Origin: Squalus acanthias
Taxonomy: Eukaryota
Length of the DNA: 64,000 bases
NCBI GenBank assembly: GCA_030390025.1
Contig: CM059432.1
Coordinates: 119,228,001 to 119,292,000 of the forward strand
Reading direction: 5' to 3'
The notes beneath the pieces were generated by a model, which worked only from the letters and a program-made list of their open reading frames with translations, was not told where the DNA came from and did not search any database. Both the position numbers and the translations under genes were made by a program. Each line of letters opens with the position of its first letter. Positions within the stretch are counted from its first letter, which is position 1. Below are positions 24,187 to 37,300 of the stretch, in pieces.

Positions 24187-25795
24187 ATGGCTGGAATGAG
24201 CACAATTCAAATTATCAAAAGAACTCAAAATTTCAGTGACGATGATCTCAGCACACTCCTCGACGAGGTTGAGGCGAAGCGCTTGCGGATAATTGGAACT
24301 GAGAAGTCCAAGGCGCCACGAAAAGGCCAAATGTTAGCTTGGCAAGAGGTTGCGCAGGCTGTCAGCGCGAACTCCACCATTCCATGGACAGCGGAACAAT
24401 GCCGCAAGAAATTCAGTGATTTATTGCGAACTCTCAAGGTTTGTATAGTTATTACAAAAGTCAACTGTAAAATGTCTTTAAATTTAACTGAACTACTTTA
24501 AAAAATATATATGTATGTGTTTGTTTACTCAAGTGAATTACCTGCAGTCACAAGATGTTCCCCTAAATTTTTATGGCTTTTGGGTCCAGCTCAGGGTCAT
24601 CCATTGTGCTCTTATCTTGATTCCACTGCTTTGAGTTGTTTAGTGAGTTAAACAGAAACTGTCTGCAAAGCTGTGTGTGTCCCAATGCACTTTGGGTGTA
24701 GGTATATTTAGAAAAACCTTACATTTCATGACATTTCATATTTTCTGTTTTCATTTTAGAGTAAAACTGCTCACAACGCCAGAGAACGTGCACTGACAGG
24801 CGGTAGTGTTGTCATGTTAAGGGCTTTAGCCGAACATGAGGAAAGGCTCGAGCATCTATTTGGATTTAGTAGCGGCTGCCCCTTTGAAGCTGTACAAACC
24901 GACACTGGTATGCATAACCGTGATTTGCTCTGGCCAGCTATATGTTTAAAAATGTTAGATGTGTGTTGAATATCAGCTTCTGTGATGTGGCACATCATGC
25001 TTTACCTTTGCTAATGTTTACTGTTTCCTTTCCATAGGTTTACAGCAGACTTCTCACATGCGGGATGAGCAGTGCGTTGAGTCTGCAGCCACAGAGGGTT
25101 TTGGGGAAGGGGTTGTTGAGGCAATGGGAGCAGTGAGTGAGGTGGTGGTGGTGGAGGAGCAGGAGCAACTTGTTGATGTAGTGGAAGTGGAGGGTATGGA
25201 ATCTGGGTTGCTGGAGAGGTCCTCTCCATCTCCTGGCCCCTCTGGCTCTGTGCCAGACAGACACCAGCTTGATACTGCAGTGCATGTGGGAGAAGCAGAT
25301 ATACATGCAACAGAACAGGAGTTACAAGGTCAGATGCAGCATCTTGAAGGGTTGAGGCAATTGATGTGTTCTCTTACAGAGAAACAAGTTGACTCTCTTG
25401 CCTCGATCAGGCAGGGAATGGATTCTATTGGCATGTCACTTAATCAAATAAATGAGTCTGTCCTTGGACTCTTGCAGAAACCAGATGTGGGAATGGAGCT
25501 TCATCAAATAAATGAGTCTCTTGTTGGACTCTTGCATATGCTTCAACCACCTTCTGCTGCCATTACTGTGACTCCCGCAGAACCGCCCTTACCTGCTCCC
25601 AGCGCAGAAACAGTGCGGGCCCAAGAGCCAGCTGCTCCGCCAGTTGTGATGCAAGCAAACATTGCCTTGCAGCAGCAGCAGCAGCAACCCTGTCAGGAGG
25701 CAATTGCCGAAGGACAAGAGATGGCAAACAGGGCCCTTTCAAGTCGCAGCACAGGGCACCGGTCACGGGGAGCGGGAAAGCGCAGGAGACGGTAG
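24187..25795 (+). CDS. Harbinger Myb/SANT-like DNA-binding protein; exons 24187-24438, 24760-24907, 25038-25795; 385 aa, intact
   Basis: KRTQNFSDDDLSTLLDEV...AWQEVAQAV...TAEQCRKKFSDL (trihelix); exon 2 SKTAHNARERALTGG. GT-AG introns with phases 0 and 1 join in frame (252+148+758=1158 nt). Basic C-terminus GKRRRR is NLS-like. Confidence 0.88.
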
Positions 25796-26317
25796 GGTGT
25801 CACCTTTTCCACAATGCACATCCATTGACCCTCAGGCATAGATGCGAGGGGGTAAATCGTTCAATTGTTTAATTTTTCGTTTTATTTAAATGTTACATGT
25901 TTTCATTTTTTTTATTGAAATATATATTTGTCACTGAAAGTGTATGTAACCTTTTCATTTAAAAAGTACAGCCTCTAGTCACTTTGAAAAAATTCAACTT
26001 GTTTATTTGAAAAAAAAATAATATTACAACTGTTTTAAATTTAGAAAATAGCTAGTTTCCATCTTGAATGTCTTTATTGCAGTAACAAACCAAAAAAGTC
26101 ACTGTAAACTGTTTACAAATTTTATTCTAACCTATTTATGTTTACGAATGTTTGAAAAGCTGAAAATAGCTAGTTAACATTTAAAAGTTATAAACTATGT
26201 ACATCAACACTGAACCTCAGAAGTCTTTAATGCTGCAATAAAAGTGCACTGTTTCACTTTAAATTGTGTCTGTTCCTTTCTTTGCCTTGCTGGGGGAGGG
26301 GGAGGTACAAGGCGAAA

Positions 26318-27450
26318 CTACCTTGTGAAGGTGTTGGCTACCAGCTGTTCCCGAACAGCACTTGGCTCGTCCACATCACGCCTTCCCACAGGCACATTGG
26401 CATCGTCCTCGTCCTCCATTTCAGCAGGTAGTTCCTCTGCAGCGTTAAGGGTCAGTCCTTCCCGCAGGGCAAAGTTATGCAAAGCACAACAGGCCACCAC
26501 AATCTTTGCCACTTTCAGAGGAGAATACTGAAAGGTCCCCCCTGACCTGTCCAGGCACCGGAAGCGTGATTTCAGAACTCCGATTGTCCTCTCCACCACT
26601 TGCCGTGTGGACACGTGTGCCTGGTTGTATCTCTCCTGAGCCTCATTATTGGTCTTGCGGTAGGGAGTCATCAGCCATGGTCTTAGTGGGTAGCCCTTGT
26701 CGCCCAATATCCATGCGGATCCTGGAGGCAATGTGTTGAGGGCGCATATAAGTTCGAGTTACGGAGGACGAAGGAGTCATGATTACTTCCCCGGTTACTT
26801 GCATTCACATTTAGGATCCTGAGGTGCGCATCACAGACAATCAGGACATTCAATGAATGAAACCCCTTCCTGTTGATGAATGTCACAGGTGCATCCACTG
26901 GTGCCTTCAATGCTATATGGGTTCCATCGACAGCCCCAATCACTTTGGGGAATCCAGCAATGTTATGAAATGCAAGGGCCATCTCCTTTTGATGGCGAGT
27001 GGACAAGTCATAGTTAATGAACTCTGAAGCCCTACTGAAAATGGCATCTGTGACCTGGTGAATGCAGGCCCTCGCAGCATTCTTGGAGATGTTGGTAATG
27101 TCACCGGTGCTTGCCTGAAATGACCCACTTGCAAAGAAGTTCAGTGCTGTGGTTACCTTCATGCTCACTGACAATGCAGTGCGGGTCTTCGAGCGTGTTT
27201 GAAGGTCCTCCTTTAACATGTCACAAAGTCGGCCGATTGACTCTTTACTGAAGCGCAGCCTCCTCACACACATCTCCTCCGACAGCATCTCAAATGACAG
27301 CCTCTCCCTGTACACTCTCTGGGGTGGGTAGTAGTTTCTCCTTCTCAGGAGGAGACGGTTTTGGTTCCTCCGTCTGTCTTGTCGCCTGGCGTCTAAAATT
27401 CTCTGATACAAAATCGCAGAGAGGAACAGGACAGCATTCTCAAAGTGCAT
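26318..27450 (-). pseudogene. HARBI1-like DDE transposase with one apparent 1-bp frameshift near 26740
   Basis: RRLRFSKE, ALNFFASGSFQ, GFPKVIGAVDGTHI, NRKGFHSLNV, GSNHDSFVL in ORF 26683-27450; [43 protein letters not shown] in ORF 26318-26731. All D-D-E motifs are present. Confidence 0.92.
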
Positions 27451-28375
27451 GTTTCTCCCTCACAGGCTTCCTCTTTAAACAGAAAGTTGTAAGGAAAAAA
27501 TGGAAAGAGTTGTTAAAGTAACTTTAATAAAGTGAGTGGCTAGAAAATCAGGTCGGTCTATGGTGGGAAACGTGCAGTATCGGATTTGGAACACGTCCAC
27601 CCGCCTCACAGCCCGAGATGATTTTCCAGAACTGTAACATTTTCAGAAAGTCATGCATACATACATACTTACTTAAAGGAATATAATTGATGATCATTTT
27701 CTTTTTTAAACTTTTTGAAATGTAAATAGTTCATTTTTAAACAGTCATTTTCACATTTAAGACAGAAACCTAATTCAATAGGCCTTGTACACACCCAGAG
27801 TTGCTAGACTACTCCAAATGGTCAAAACCAGTTTTAAAACTTTTTTTAAAATTGCAAACTTACCTCAGACTTATTAAATAAACTTTGCTGCCTTTCAGAT
27901 TTAAAAATGTTCACTTTAGTAGCCCCACTGCTGAAAGATTTCTTCCTCCTGCTGGTTCCGGAGCTTTCCAAGGTGGTTTACTCAAGCTTTTTACAAGTGT
28001 AATTGCTGCGATCTTACACACACTCCAACCATTCATAAAAAAAGCGAAGTTCATTGCGCACGCGCAGACTCTCCGGCGCGCGCGATTCACGGAAGAAATC
28101 TTTACTTGAAGCCACCGGAAGTTCCGGTTTCCCGCACATGCGCAGTGCATGCAGGTAACCGGCACTTCGGGAAGGAATACGGGTGAGTACACACTGTGTA
28201 CTCACGCGGGAACGGACGAATTTTTGGGCCATTATGTTTACACAAACAAGCAAACTACACATGATATCGCATAACACGTTCATCTTATCACTTTATGTTA
28301 ACAATGTCCCAAAGGCTATATCGCCTTACCGCCTGCCGCTAGCAACGACAGGTTGAGGGGAGCGTTTTGCAGTCA

Positions 28376-31300
28376 GGAGATGGGGATCACTGATTGCGAG
28401 GCTTCGAGGGAGATGGGGATCATTGATTGCGATGGTTTTGGTGGAGATGGGGGATCACTGATTGCGATGGTTTTGGGGAGATGGGGGTCACTGATTGCGA
28501 TGGTTCGGGGGAGATGGGAATCACTGATTGCGATGGTTCGGGGTAAATGGAGATCTATGATTGCGATGGTCCGGGGGAGATGGGGGATCATTGATTGCGG
28601 GGGTTCGGGGGAGATGGGGATCACTGATTGCGGGGGTTCGGGGGAGATGGGGATCACTGATTGCGGGGGTTCGGGGGAGATGGGGATCACTGATAGCGGT
28701 AGTTCGGGGGGGATGGGGATCACTGATTGCGGTGGTTCGGGGGAGATGGGGATCACTGATTGCGGGGGTTCGGGGGAGATGGGGATCACTGATTGCGGGG
28801 GTTCGGGGGAGATGGGGATCACTGATTGCGGGGGTTCGGGGGAGATGGGGATCACTGATAGCGGTAGTTCGGGGGAGATGGGGATCACTGATTGCGGTGG
28901 TTCGGGGGAGATGGGGATCACTGATTGCGGGGGTTCGGGGGAGATGGGGATCACTGATTGCGGGGGTTCGGGCAGATGGGGATCCCTGATTGCGGGCGTT
29001 CGGTTGAAATGGGGATCACTGATTGTGGGGGTTCGGGGGAGATGGGGATCACTGATTGTGGGTGTTCGGGGGAGATGGGGATCACTGATTGCGATGGTTC
29101 AGGGGAGATGGGGATCACTGATTGTGGGGGTTCGGGGGAGATAGGGATCACTGATTGTGGGGGTTCGGGGGAGATGGGGATCACTGATTGCGGGGGTTCG
29201 GGGGAGATGGGGATCACTGATTGTGGGGGTTCGGGGAGATGGGGATCACTGATTGTGGGTGTTCGGGGGAGATGGTGATCACTGATTGCGGGGGTTCGGG
29301 GGAGATGGTGATCACTGATTGCGGGGGTTCGGGGGAGATGGGGATCACTGATTGCGGTGGTTCGGGGGAGATGGGGATCACTGATTGCGATGGTTCGGGG
29401 GAGATGGGATCACTGATTGCAAGGGTTAGGGCGAGATGGGGCGATCACTGATTGCGGGGGTTCGGGGGAGATGGTGATTACTGATTGTGGGGGTTCGGGG
29501 GAGATGGTGATCACTGATTGCGTGGGTTCGGGGGAGATAGGGATCACTGATTGCGGGGGTTCAGGGGAGATGGCGATCACTGATTACGGGGGTTCGCGGG
29601 AGATGGGGATCACTGATTGCGGGTGTTCGGGGGAGATGGGGATCACTGATTGCGGGTGTTCGGGGAAGCTGGGGTCACTGATTGCGGGGGTTCGGGGGAG
29701 ATGGGGATCACTGATTGCGGGGGTTCGGGGGAGATGGGGATCACTGATTGTGGGTGTTTGGGGGAGATAGGGATCACTGATTGCGATGGTTCAGGGGAGA
29801 TGGGGATCACTGATTGTGGGTGTTCGGGGGAGATGGGGATCACTGATTGCGGGGGTTCGGGGGAGATGGGGATCACTGATTGCGGGGGTTCGGGGGAGAT
29901 GGGGATCACTGATTGTGGGGGTTCGGGGAGATGGGGATCACTGATTGTGGGGGTTCGGGGGAGATGGTGATCACTGATTGCGGGGGTTCGGGGGAGATGG
30001 TGATCACTGATTGCGGGGGTTCGGGGGAGATGGGGATCACTGATTGCGGTGGTTCGGGGGAGATGGGGATCACTGATTGCGATGGTTCGGGGGAGATGGG
30101 GATCACTGATTGCAAGGGTTAGGGCGAGATGGGGCGATCACTGATTGCGGGGGTTCGGGGGAGATGGTGATTACTGATTGCGGGGTTTCGGGGGAGATGG
30201 TGATCACTGATTGCTTGGGTTCGGGGGAGATAGGGATCACTGATTGCGGGGGTTCAGGGGAGATGGCGATCACTGATTACGGGGGTTCGCGGGAGATGGG
30301 GATCACTGATTGCGGGTGTTCGGGGGAGATGGGGATCACTGATTGCGGGGGTTCGGGGAAGCTGGGGTCACTGATTGCGGGGGTTCGGGGGAGATGGGGA
30401 TCACTGATTGCGAGGGTTCGGGGGAGATGGGGATCACTGTTTGCGGGGGTTGGGGGAGATGAGGATCACTGATTGCGGGGGTTCGCGGGAGATGGGTAGC
30501 ACTGATTGTGGGTGTTCGGGGAGATGGGGATCACTGATTGCGGGGGTTCGGGGGAGATGGGTAGCACTGATTGCGGGGTTCGGGGGAGATGGCGGTCACT
30601 GATTGCGGGGGTTCGGGGGAGATGCGGATCACTGATTGCGATGGTTCGGGGGAGATGGGGATCACTGATTGCGGGGGTTCGGGGAGATGGGGATCACTGA
30701 TTGCGGGGGTTCGCGGGAGATGGGGATCACTGATTGTGGGTGTTCGGGGGAGATGGGGATCACTGATTGCGGGGGTTCGGGGGAGATGGGGATCACTGAT
30801 TGCGGGGGTTCGGGGGAGATGGCGGTCACTGATTGCGGGGGTTCGGGGAGATGCGGATCACTGATTGCGATGGTTCGGGGGAGATGGGGATCACTGATTG
30901 CGGGGGTTCGGGGGAGATGGGGATCACTGATTGAGGGGGTTCGGGGAAGATGGGGTCACTGATTGCGGGGGTTCGGGGGAGACGGGGGGATCACTGATTG
31001 TGGGGGTTCAGTGAGATGGGGATCACTGATTGCTGGTGTTCGGGGGAGATGGGGATCACTGATTGAGGGGGTTCGGGGAAGATGGGGTCACTGATTGCAG
31101 GGGTTCGGGGGAGATGGGGATCATTGATCGCGGGGGTTCGGGGAAGATGGGGTCACTGATTGCGGGGGTTCGGGGGAGATGGTGATCACTGATTGCGATG
31201 GTTCGGGGGAGATGGGTAGCACTGATTGCAGGGGTTCGGGGGAGATGGCAGTCTCTGATTGCGGTGGTTCGGGGGAGATGGGGATCACTGATTGCGATGG

Positions 31301-34300
31301 TTCGGGGGAGATGGGTATCACTGATTGCGGGGTTTCGGGGGGATGGGGGATCACTGATTGCGGGGGTTCGGGGGAGATGGGGGGATCACTGATTGTGGGG
31401 GTTCAGTGAGATGGGGATCACTGATTGCGGGTGTTCGGGGGAGATGGGGATCACTGATTGCGGGGGTTCGGGGGGATGGGGGGGTCACTGATTGTGGGGG
31501 TTCAGTGAAATGGAGATCACTGATTGCGGTAGTTCGGGGGAGATGGGGATCACTGATTGCGATGGTTCGGGGGATATGGGGGTCACTGATTGCGAGGGTT
31601 CGGGGGAGATGGGGATCACTGATTGCGGTGTTTTGGGGAGATGGGGATCACTGATTGCTGGGGTTCGGGGGAGATGGGGATCACTGATTGCTGGGGTTCA
31701 GGGGAGATTTGGGATCACTGATTGCGATGGTTCGGGGGAGATGGGGATCACTGATTGTGGTGTTTTGGGGAGATGGGGATCACTTATAGCGGAGGTTCGG
31801 GGGATATGGGGTCACTGATTGCGGTGGTTTGGGGGAGATGGGGTCACTGATTGCGGTGTTTTGCGGAGATGGGGATCACTGATAGCGGGGGTTCGGGGAA
31901 GATGGGGTCACTGATTGCGGGGGTTCGGGGAAGATGGGGATCACTGATTGCGGGGGTTCTGGGGAGATGGGGGATCACTGATTGTGATGGTTCGGGGGAG
32001 ATGGGGATCACTGATTGTGGGGGTTCGGGGGAGATGGTGATCACTGTTTGCGATGGTTCGGGGGAGATGGGGATCACTGATTGCGGGGGTTCGGGGCAGA
32101 TGGGGATCACTGATTGCGGGGGTTCGGGGGAGATGGGGGGATCACTGATTGTGGGGGTTCAGTGAGATGGGGATCACTGATTTTGCGTGTTCTGGGGAGA
32201 TGGGGATCACTGATTGCGGGGGTTCGGGGGGATGTGTGGGTCACTGATTGCGGGGGTTCAGTGAGATGGGGATCACTGATTGCGGTGGTTTGGGGGAGAT
32301 GGGGATCACTGATTGCAAGGGTTAGGGCGAGATGGGGATCACTGATTGCAAGGGTTAGCGCGAGATGGGGATCACTGATTGCAAGGGTTAGCGCGAGATG
32401 GGGATCACTGATTGTGGATGTTCGTTGGAGATGGGGGTCACTGATTGCAATGGTTAGGGCGAGATGGGGGTCACAGATTGCGGGGGTTCGGGGGAGATGG
32501 GGTCTCTGATTGCGGTGGTTCAGGTGAGATGGGGGATCACATTTTGCGATGGCTCGGGGGAGATGGGGATCACTGATTGCGGTGTTTCGGGGAGATGGGG
32601 ATCACTGATTGCGGGAGTTCGGGGGAGATGGGGGTCACTGATTGCGGTGGTTCGGGAGAGATGGGGATCACTGATTGCGGTGGTTCGGGGAGATGGGGAT
32701 CACTGATTGTGGGGTTCGGGGGAGACAGGGATCACTGATTGCGGGGGTTCGGGGGAGATGGGGATCACTGATTGCGGGGGTTCGGGGAAGATGGGGTCAC
32801 TGATTGCGGGGGTTCGGGGGAGATGAGGATCACTGATTGCAGGGGTTCGGGGGAGATGGGGATCACTGATTGCGGGGGTTCAGGGGAGATGGGGGATCAC
32901 TGATTGCGATGGTTCGGGGGAGATGGGGATCACTGATTGTGGTGTTTTGGGGAGATGGGGATCACTTATAGCGGAGGTTCGGGGGATATGGGGGTTACTG
33001 ATTGCGGTGGTTTGGGGGAGATGGGGATCACTGATTGCGATGGTTCGGGGGATATGGGGGTCACTGATTGCGGGGGTTCGGGGGAGATGGGGATCACTGA
33101 TTGCGGTGTTTTGGGGAGATGGGGATCACTGATTGCTGGGGTTCGGGGGAGATGGGGATCACTGATTGCTGGGGTTCAGGGGAGATTTGGGATCACTGAT
33201 TGCGATGGTTCGGGGGAGATGGGGATCACTGATTGTGGTGTTTTGGGGAGATGGGGATCACTTATAGCGGAGGTTCGGGGGATATGGGGTCACTGATTGC
33301 GGTGGTTTGGGGGAGATGGGGATCACTGATTGCGGGGGTTCGGGGGAGATGGGGTCACTGATTGCGGGGGTTCGGGGGAGATGAGGATCACTGATTGCGG
33401 GGGTTCGGGGGAGATGGGGATCACTGATTGCGGGGGTTCAGGGGAGATGGGGGATCACTGATTGCGATGGTTCGGGGGAGATGGGGATCACTGATTGAGG
33501 GGGTTCGGGGGAGATGGGGATCACTGATTGCGGGGGTTCAGGGAGATGGTGATCACTGATTGTGGGGGTTCGGGGGAGATGGTGATCACTGTTTGCGATG
33601 GTTCGGGGGAGATGGGGATCACTGATTGCGGGGGTTCGGGGGAGATGGCGGTCACTGATTGCGGGGGTTCGAGGCAGATGGGGATCACTGATTGCGGGGG
33701 TTCGGGGGAGATGGGGGATCACTGATTGTGGGGGTTCAGTGAGATGGGGATCACTGATTGTGCGTGTTCTGGGGAGATGGGGATCACTGATTGCGATGGT
33801 TCGGGGGGATGTGTGGGTCACTGATTGCGGGGGTTCAGTGAGATGGGGATCACTGATTGCGGTGGTTTGGGGGAGATGGGGATCACTGATTGCAAGGGTT
33901 AGGGCGAGATGGGGATCACTGATTGCAAGGGTTAGGGCGAGATGGGGGTCACAGATTGCGGGGGTTCAGGGGAGATGGGGGATCACTGATTGCGATGGTT
34001 CGGGGGAGATGGGGATCACTGATTGTGGTGTTTTGGGGAGATGGGGATCACTTATAGCGGAGGTTCGGGGGATATGGGGGTCACTGATCAATGATCCTGA
34101 TGCGATGGTTCGGGGAGATGGGGGTTCACTGATTGTGGGGGTTTGGGGAGATGGGGATCACTGATTGCGGGGGTTCGGGGGTATGGGGATCACTGATTGC
34201 TGGGGGTGGGGGGATATGATGCGGTTCGGGGAGATGGGGATCACTGATTGCGATGGTTCGGGGGAGATGGGGATCACTGATTGAGGGGGTTCGGGGGAGA

Positions 34301-37300
34301 TGGGGATCACTGATTGCGGGGGTTCGGGGAGATGGGGATCACTGATTGTGGGGGTTCGGGGGAGATGGTGATCACTGTTTGCGATGGTTCGGGGGAGATG
34401 GGGATCACTGATTGCGGGGGTTCGGGGGAGATGGCGGTCACTGATTGCGGGGGTTCGAGGCAGATGGGGATCACTGATTGCGGGGGTTCGGGGGAGATGG
34501 GGATCACTGATTGTGGGGGTTCAGGGGAGATGGGGATCACTGATTGCGGTGTTCTGGGGAGATGGGGATCACTGATTGCGATGGTTCGGGGGGATGTGTG
34601 GGTCACTGATTGCGGGGGTTCAGTGAGATGGGGATCACTGATTGCGGTGGTTTGGGGGAGATGGGGATCACTGATTGCAAGGGTTAGGGCGAGATGGGGA
34701 TCACTGATTGCAAGGGTTAGGGCGAGATGGGGGTCACTGATTGCGGGGTTCGGGGGAGATGGGGTCTCTGATTGCGGTGGTTCAGGTGAGATGGGGGATC
34801 ACATTTTGCGATGGCTCGGGAGAGATGGGGATCACTGATTGCGGTGGTTCGGGGAGATGGATATCACTGATTGTGGGGGTTCGGGAGAGCCGGGGATCAC
34901 TGATTGCGGGGGTTCGGGGGAGATGTGGATCTCTGATTGCGGGGATTCGGGGAAGATGGGGTCACTGATTGCGGGGGTTCGGGGGAGATGAGGATCACTG
35001 ATTGCAGGGGTTCGGGGGAGATGAGGATCACAGATTGCGGGGGTTCGGGGGAGATGGGGATCACTGATTGCGATGGTTCGGGGGAGATGGGGATCACTGA
35101 TTGTGGTGTTTTGGGGAGATGGGGATCACTTATAGTGGAGGTTCGGGGGATATGGGGGTCACTGATTGCGGTGGTTCGGGGAAGATGGGGATCACTGATT
35201 GCGGGGGTTCGGGGAAGATGGGGATCACTGATAGCGGGGGTTCGGGGGAGACGGGGATCACTGATTGCGGGGGTTCGGTGAGATGGGGATCACTGATTGC
35301 TTTGGTTCGGGGAAGATGGGGTCACTGATTGCGGGGGTTCGGGAGAGATGAGGATCACTGATTGCGGGGGTTCGGGGGAGATGGGGATCACTGATTGCGA
35401 TGGTTCAGGGGAGATGGGGGATCACTGATTGCGATGGTTCGGGGGAGATGGGGATCACTGATTGCGGGGGTTCGGGGGAGATGGGGATCACTGATTGCGG
35501 TGTTTTGGGGAGATGGGGATCACTGATTGCGGTGGTTCGGGGGATATGAGGGTCACTGATTGCGGTGTTTTGGGGAGATGGGGATCACTGATTGTGGGGG
35601 TTCGGGGGATATGAGGGTCACGGATTGCGGTGGTTCGGGGGAGATGGGGATCACTGATTGCAGTGGTTCGGGGAAGATGGGGATCACTGATTGAGGGGGT
35701 TTGGGGGAGATGGGGATCACTGATTGCGGTGGTTCGGGGGAGATGGTGATCACTGTTTGCGATGGTTCGGGGGAGATGGGGATCACTGATTGCTGGGGTT
35801 CGGGGAGATGAGGATCACTGATTGCAGGGGTTCGGGGGAGATGGGGATCACTGATTGCGGGGGTTCAGGGGAGATGGGGGATCACTGATTGCGGGGGTTC
35901 GGGGGAGATGGGGTCACTGATTGCGGGGGTTCGGGGGAGATGGGGTCACTGATTGCGGGGGTTCGGGGGAGATGAGGATCACTGATTGCAGGGGTTCGGG
36001 GGAGATGGGGATCACTGATTGCGGGGGTTTAGGGGTGATGGGGGATCACTGATTGCGATGGTTCGGGGGAGATGGGGATCACTGATTGTGGTGTTTTGGG
36101 GAGATGGGGATCACTTATAGCGGAGGTTCGGGGGATATGGGGGTCACTGATTGCGGTGGTTTCGGGAAGATGGGGATCACTGATTGCGGGGGTTTGGGGA
36201 AGATGGGGATCACTGATTGCGGGGGTTCGGGGAGATGGGTATCACTGATTGCTTTGGTTCGGGGAAGATGGGGTCACTGATTACGGGGGTTCGGGAAAGA
36301 TGGGGATCACTGATTACGGTGGTTCAGGGGAGTTGGGGATCACTGATTGCGTGGTTCGGGGGAGATGGGGATCACTGATTGCGGTGGTTCAGGGGAGATG
36401 GGGATCACTGATTGTGGGGGTTCAGGGGAGATGGGGATCACTGATTGCGGTGGTTTGGGGGAGATGGGGATCACTGATTGCGGTGGTTCGGGTAAGATGG
36501 GGTCACTGATTGCGGGGGTTCGGTGGAGATGAGGATCACTGATAGCAGGGGTTCGGGGGAGATGGGGATCACTGATTGCGGGGGTGCAGGGGAGATGGGG
36601 GATCACTGATTGCAATGGTTCGGGGGAGATGGGGATCACTGATTGCGGTGTTTTGGGGGAGATGGGGATCACTGATTGCGGGGGTTCAGGGGAGATGGGG
36701 GATCACTGATTGCGATGGTTCTGGGGAGATGGGGGATCACTGATTGCGATGTTTCGGGGGAGATGTGGATCACTGATTGCGGGGGTTCGGGGAAGATGAG
36801 GATCACTGATAGCAGGGGTTCGGGGGAGATGGGGATCACTGATTGCGGGGGTTCAGGGGAGATGGGGGGTCACTGACTGCGATGGTTCGGGGGAGATGGG
36901 GATCACTGATTGCGGTGGTTCGGGGGAGATGGGGATCACTGATTGAGCGGGTTCGGGGGAGATGGGGATCACTGATTGCGGTGGTTCGGGGTAGATGGTG
37001 ATCACTGATCGCGGGGGTTCGGGGAAGATGGGGTAACTGATTGCGGGGGTTCGGGGGAGATGGTGATCACTGATTGCGATGGTTCGAGGGAGATGGGGAT
37101 CACTGATAGCGGGGGTTCGGAGGGGATGGCGGTCACTGATTGCGGGGGTTCGGGGAAGATGGGGATCACTGATTGCGGTGGTTCGGGGGAGATGGTGATC
37201 ACTGATCGCGGGGGTTCGGGGAAGATGGGGTCACTGATTGCGGGGGTTCGGGGGAGATGGTGATCACTGATTGCGATGGTTCGGGGGAGATGGGGATCAC

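Larger units (their letters stand above)
23729..28230. mobile_element. Autonomous-type PIF/Harbinger DNA transposon (4502 bp)
   Basis: TIRs GGCCTAGAAATTCG / CGAATTTTTGGGCC; TSD ATT; two convergent genes (Myb/SANT and DDE transposase). Confidence 0.95.

Noticed and set aside
26318..27450. Domesticated host HARBI1 (and NAIF1/MSANTD for the Myb gene)
   Set aside because: Flanked by TIRs and a TSD, paired in transposon configuration, inserted in an ERV and has MITE derivatives.
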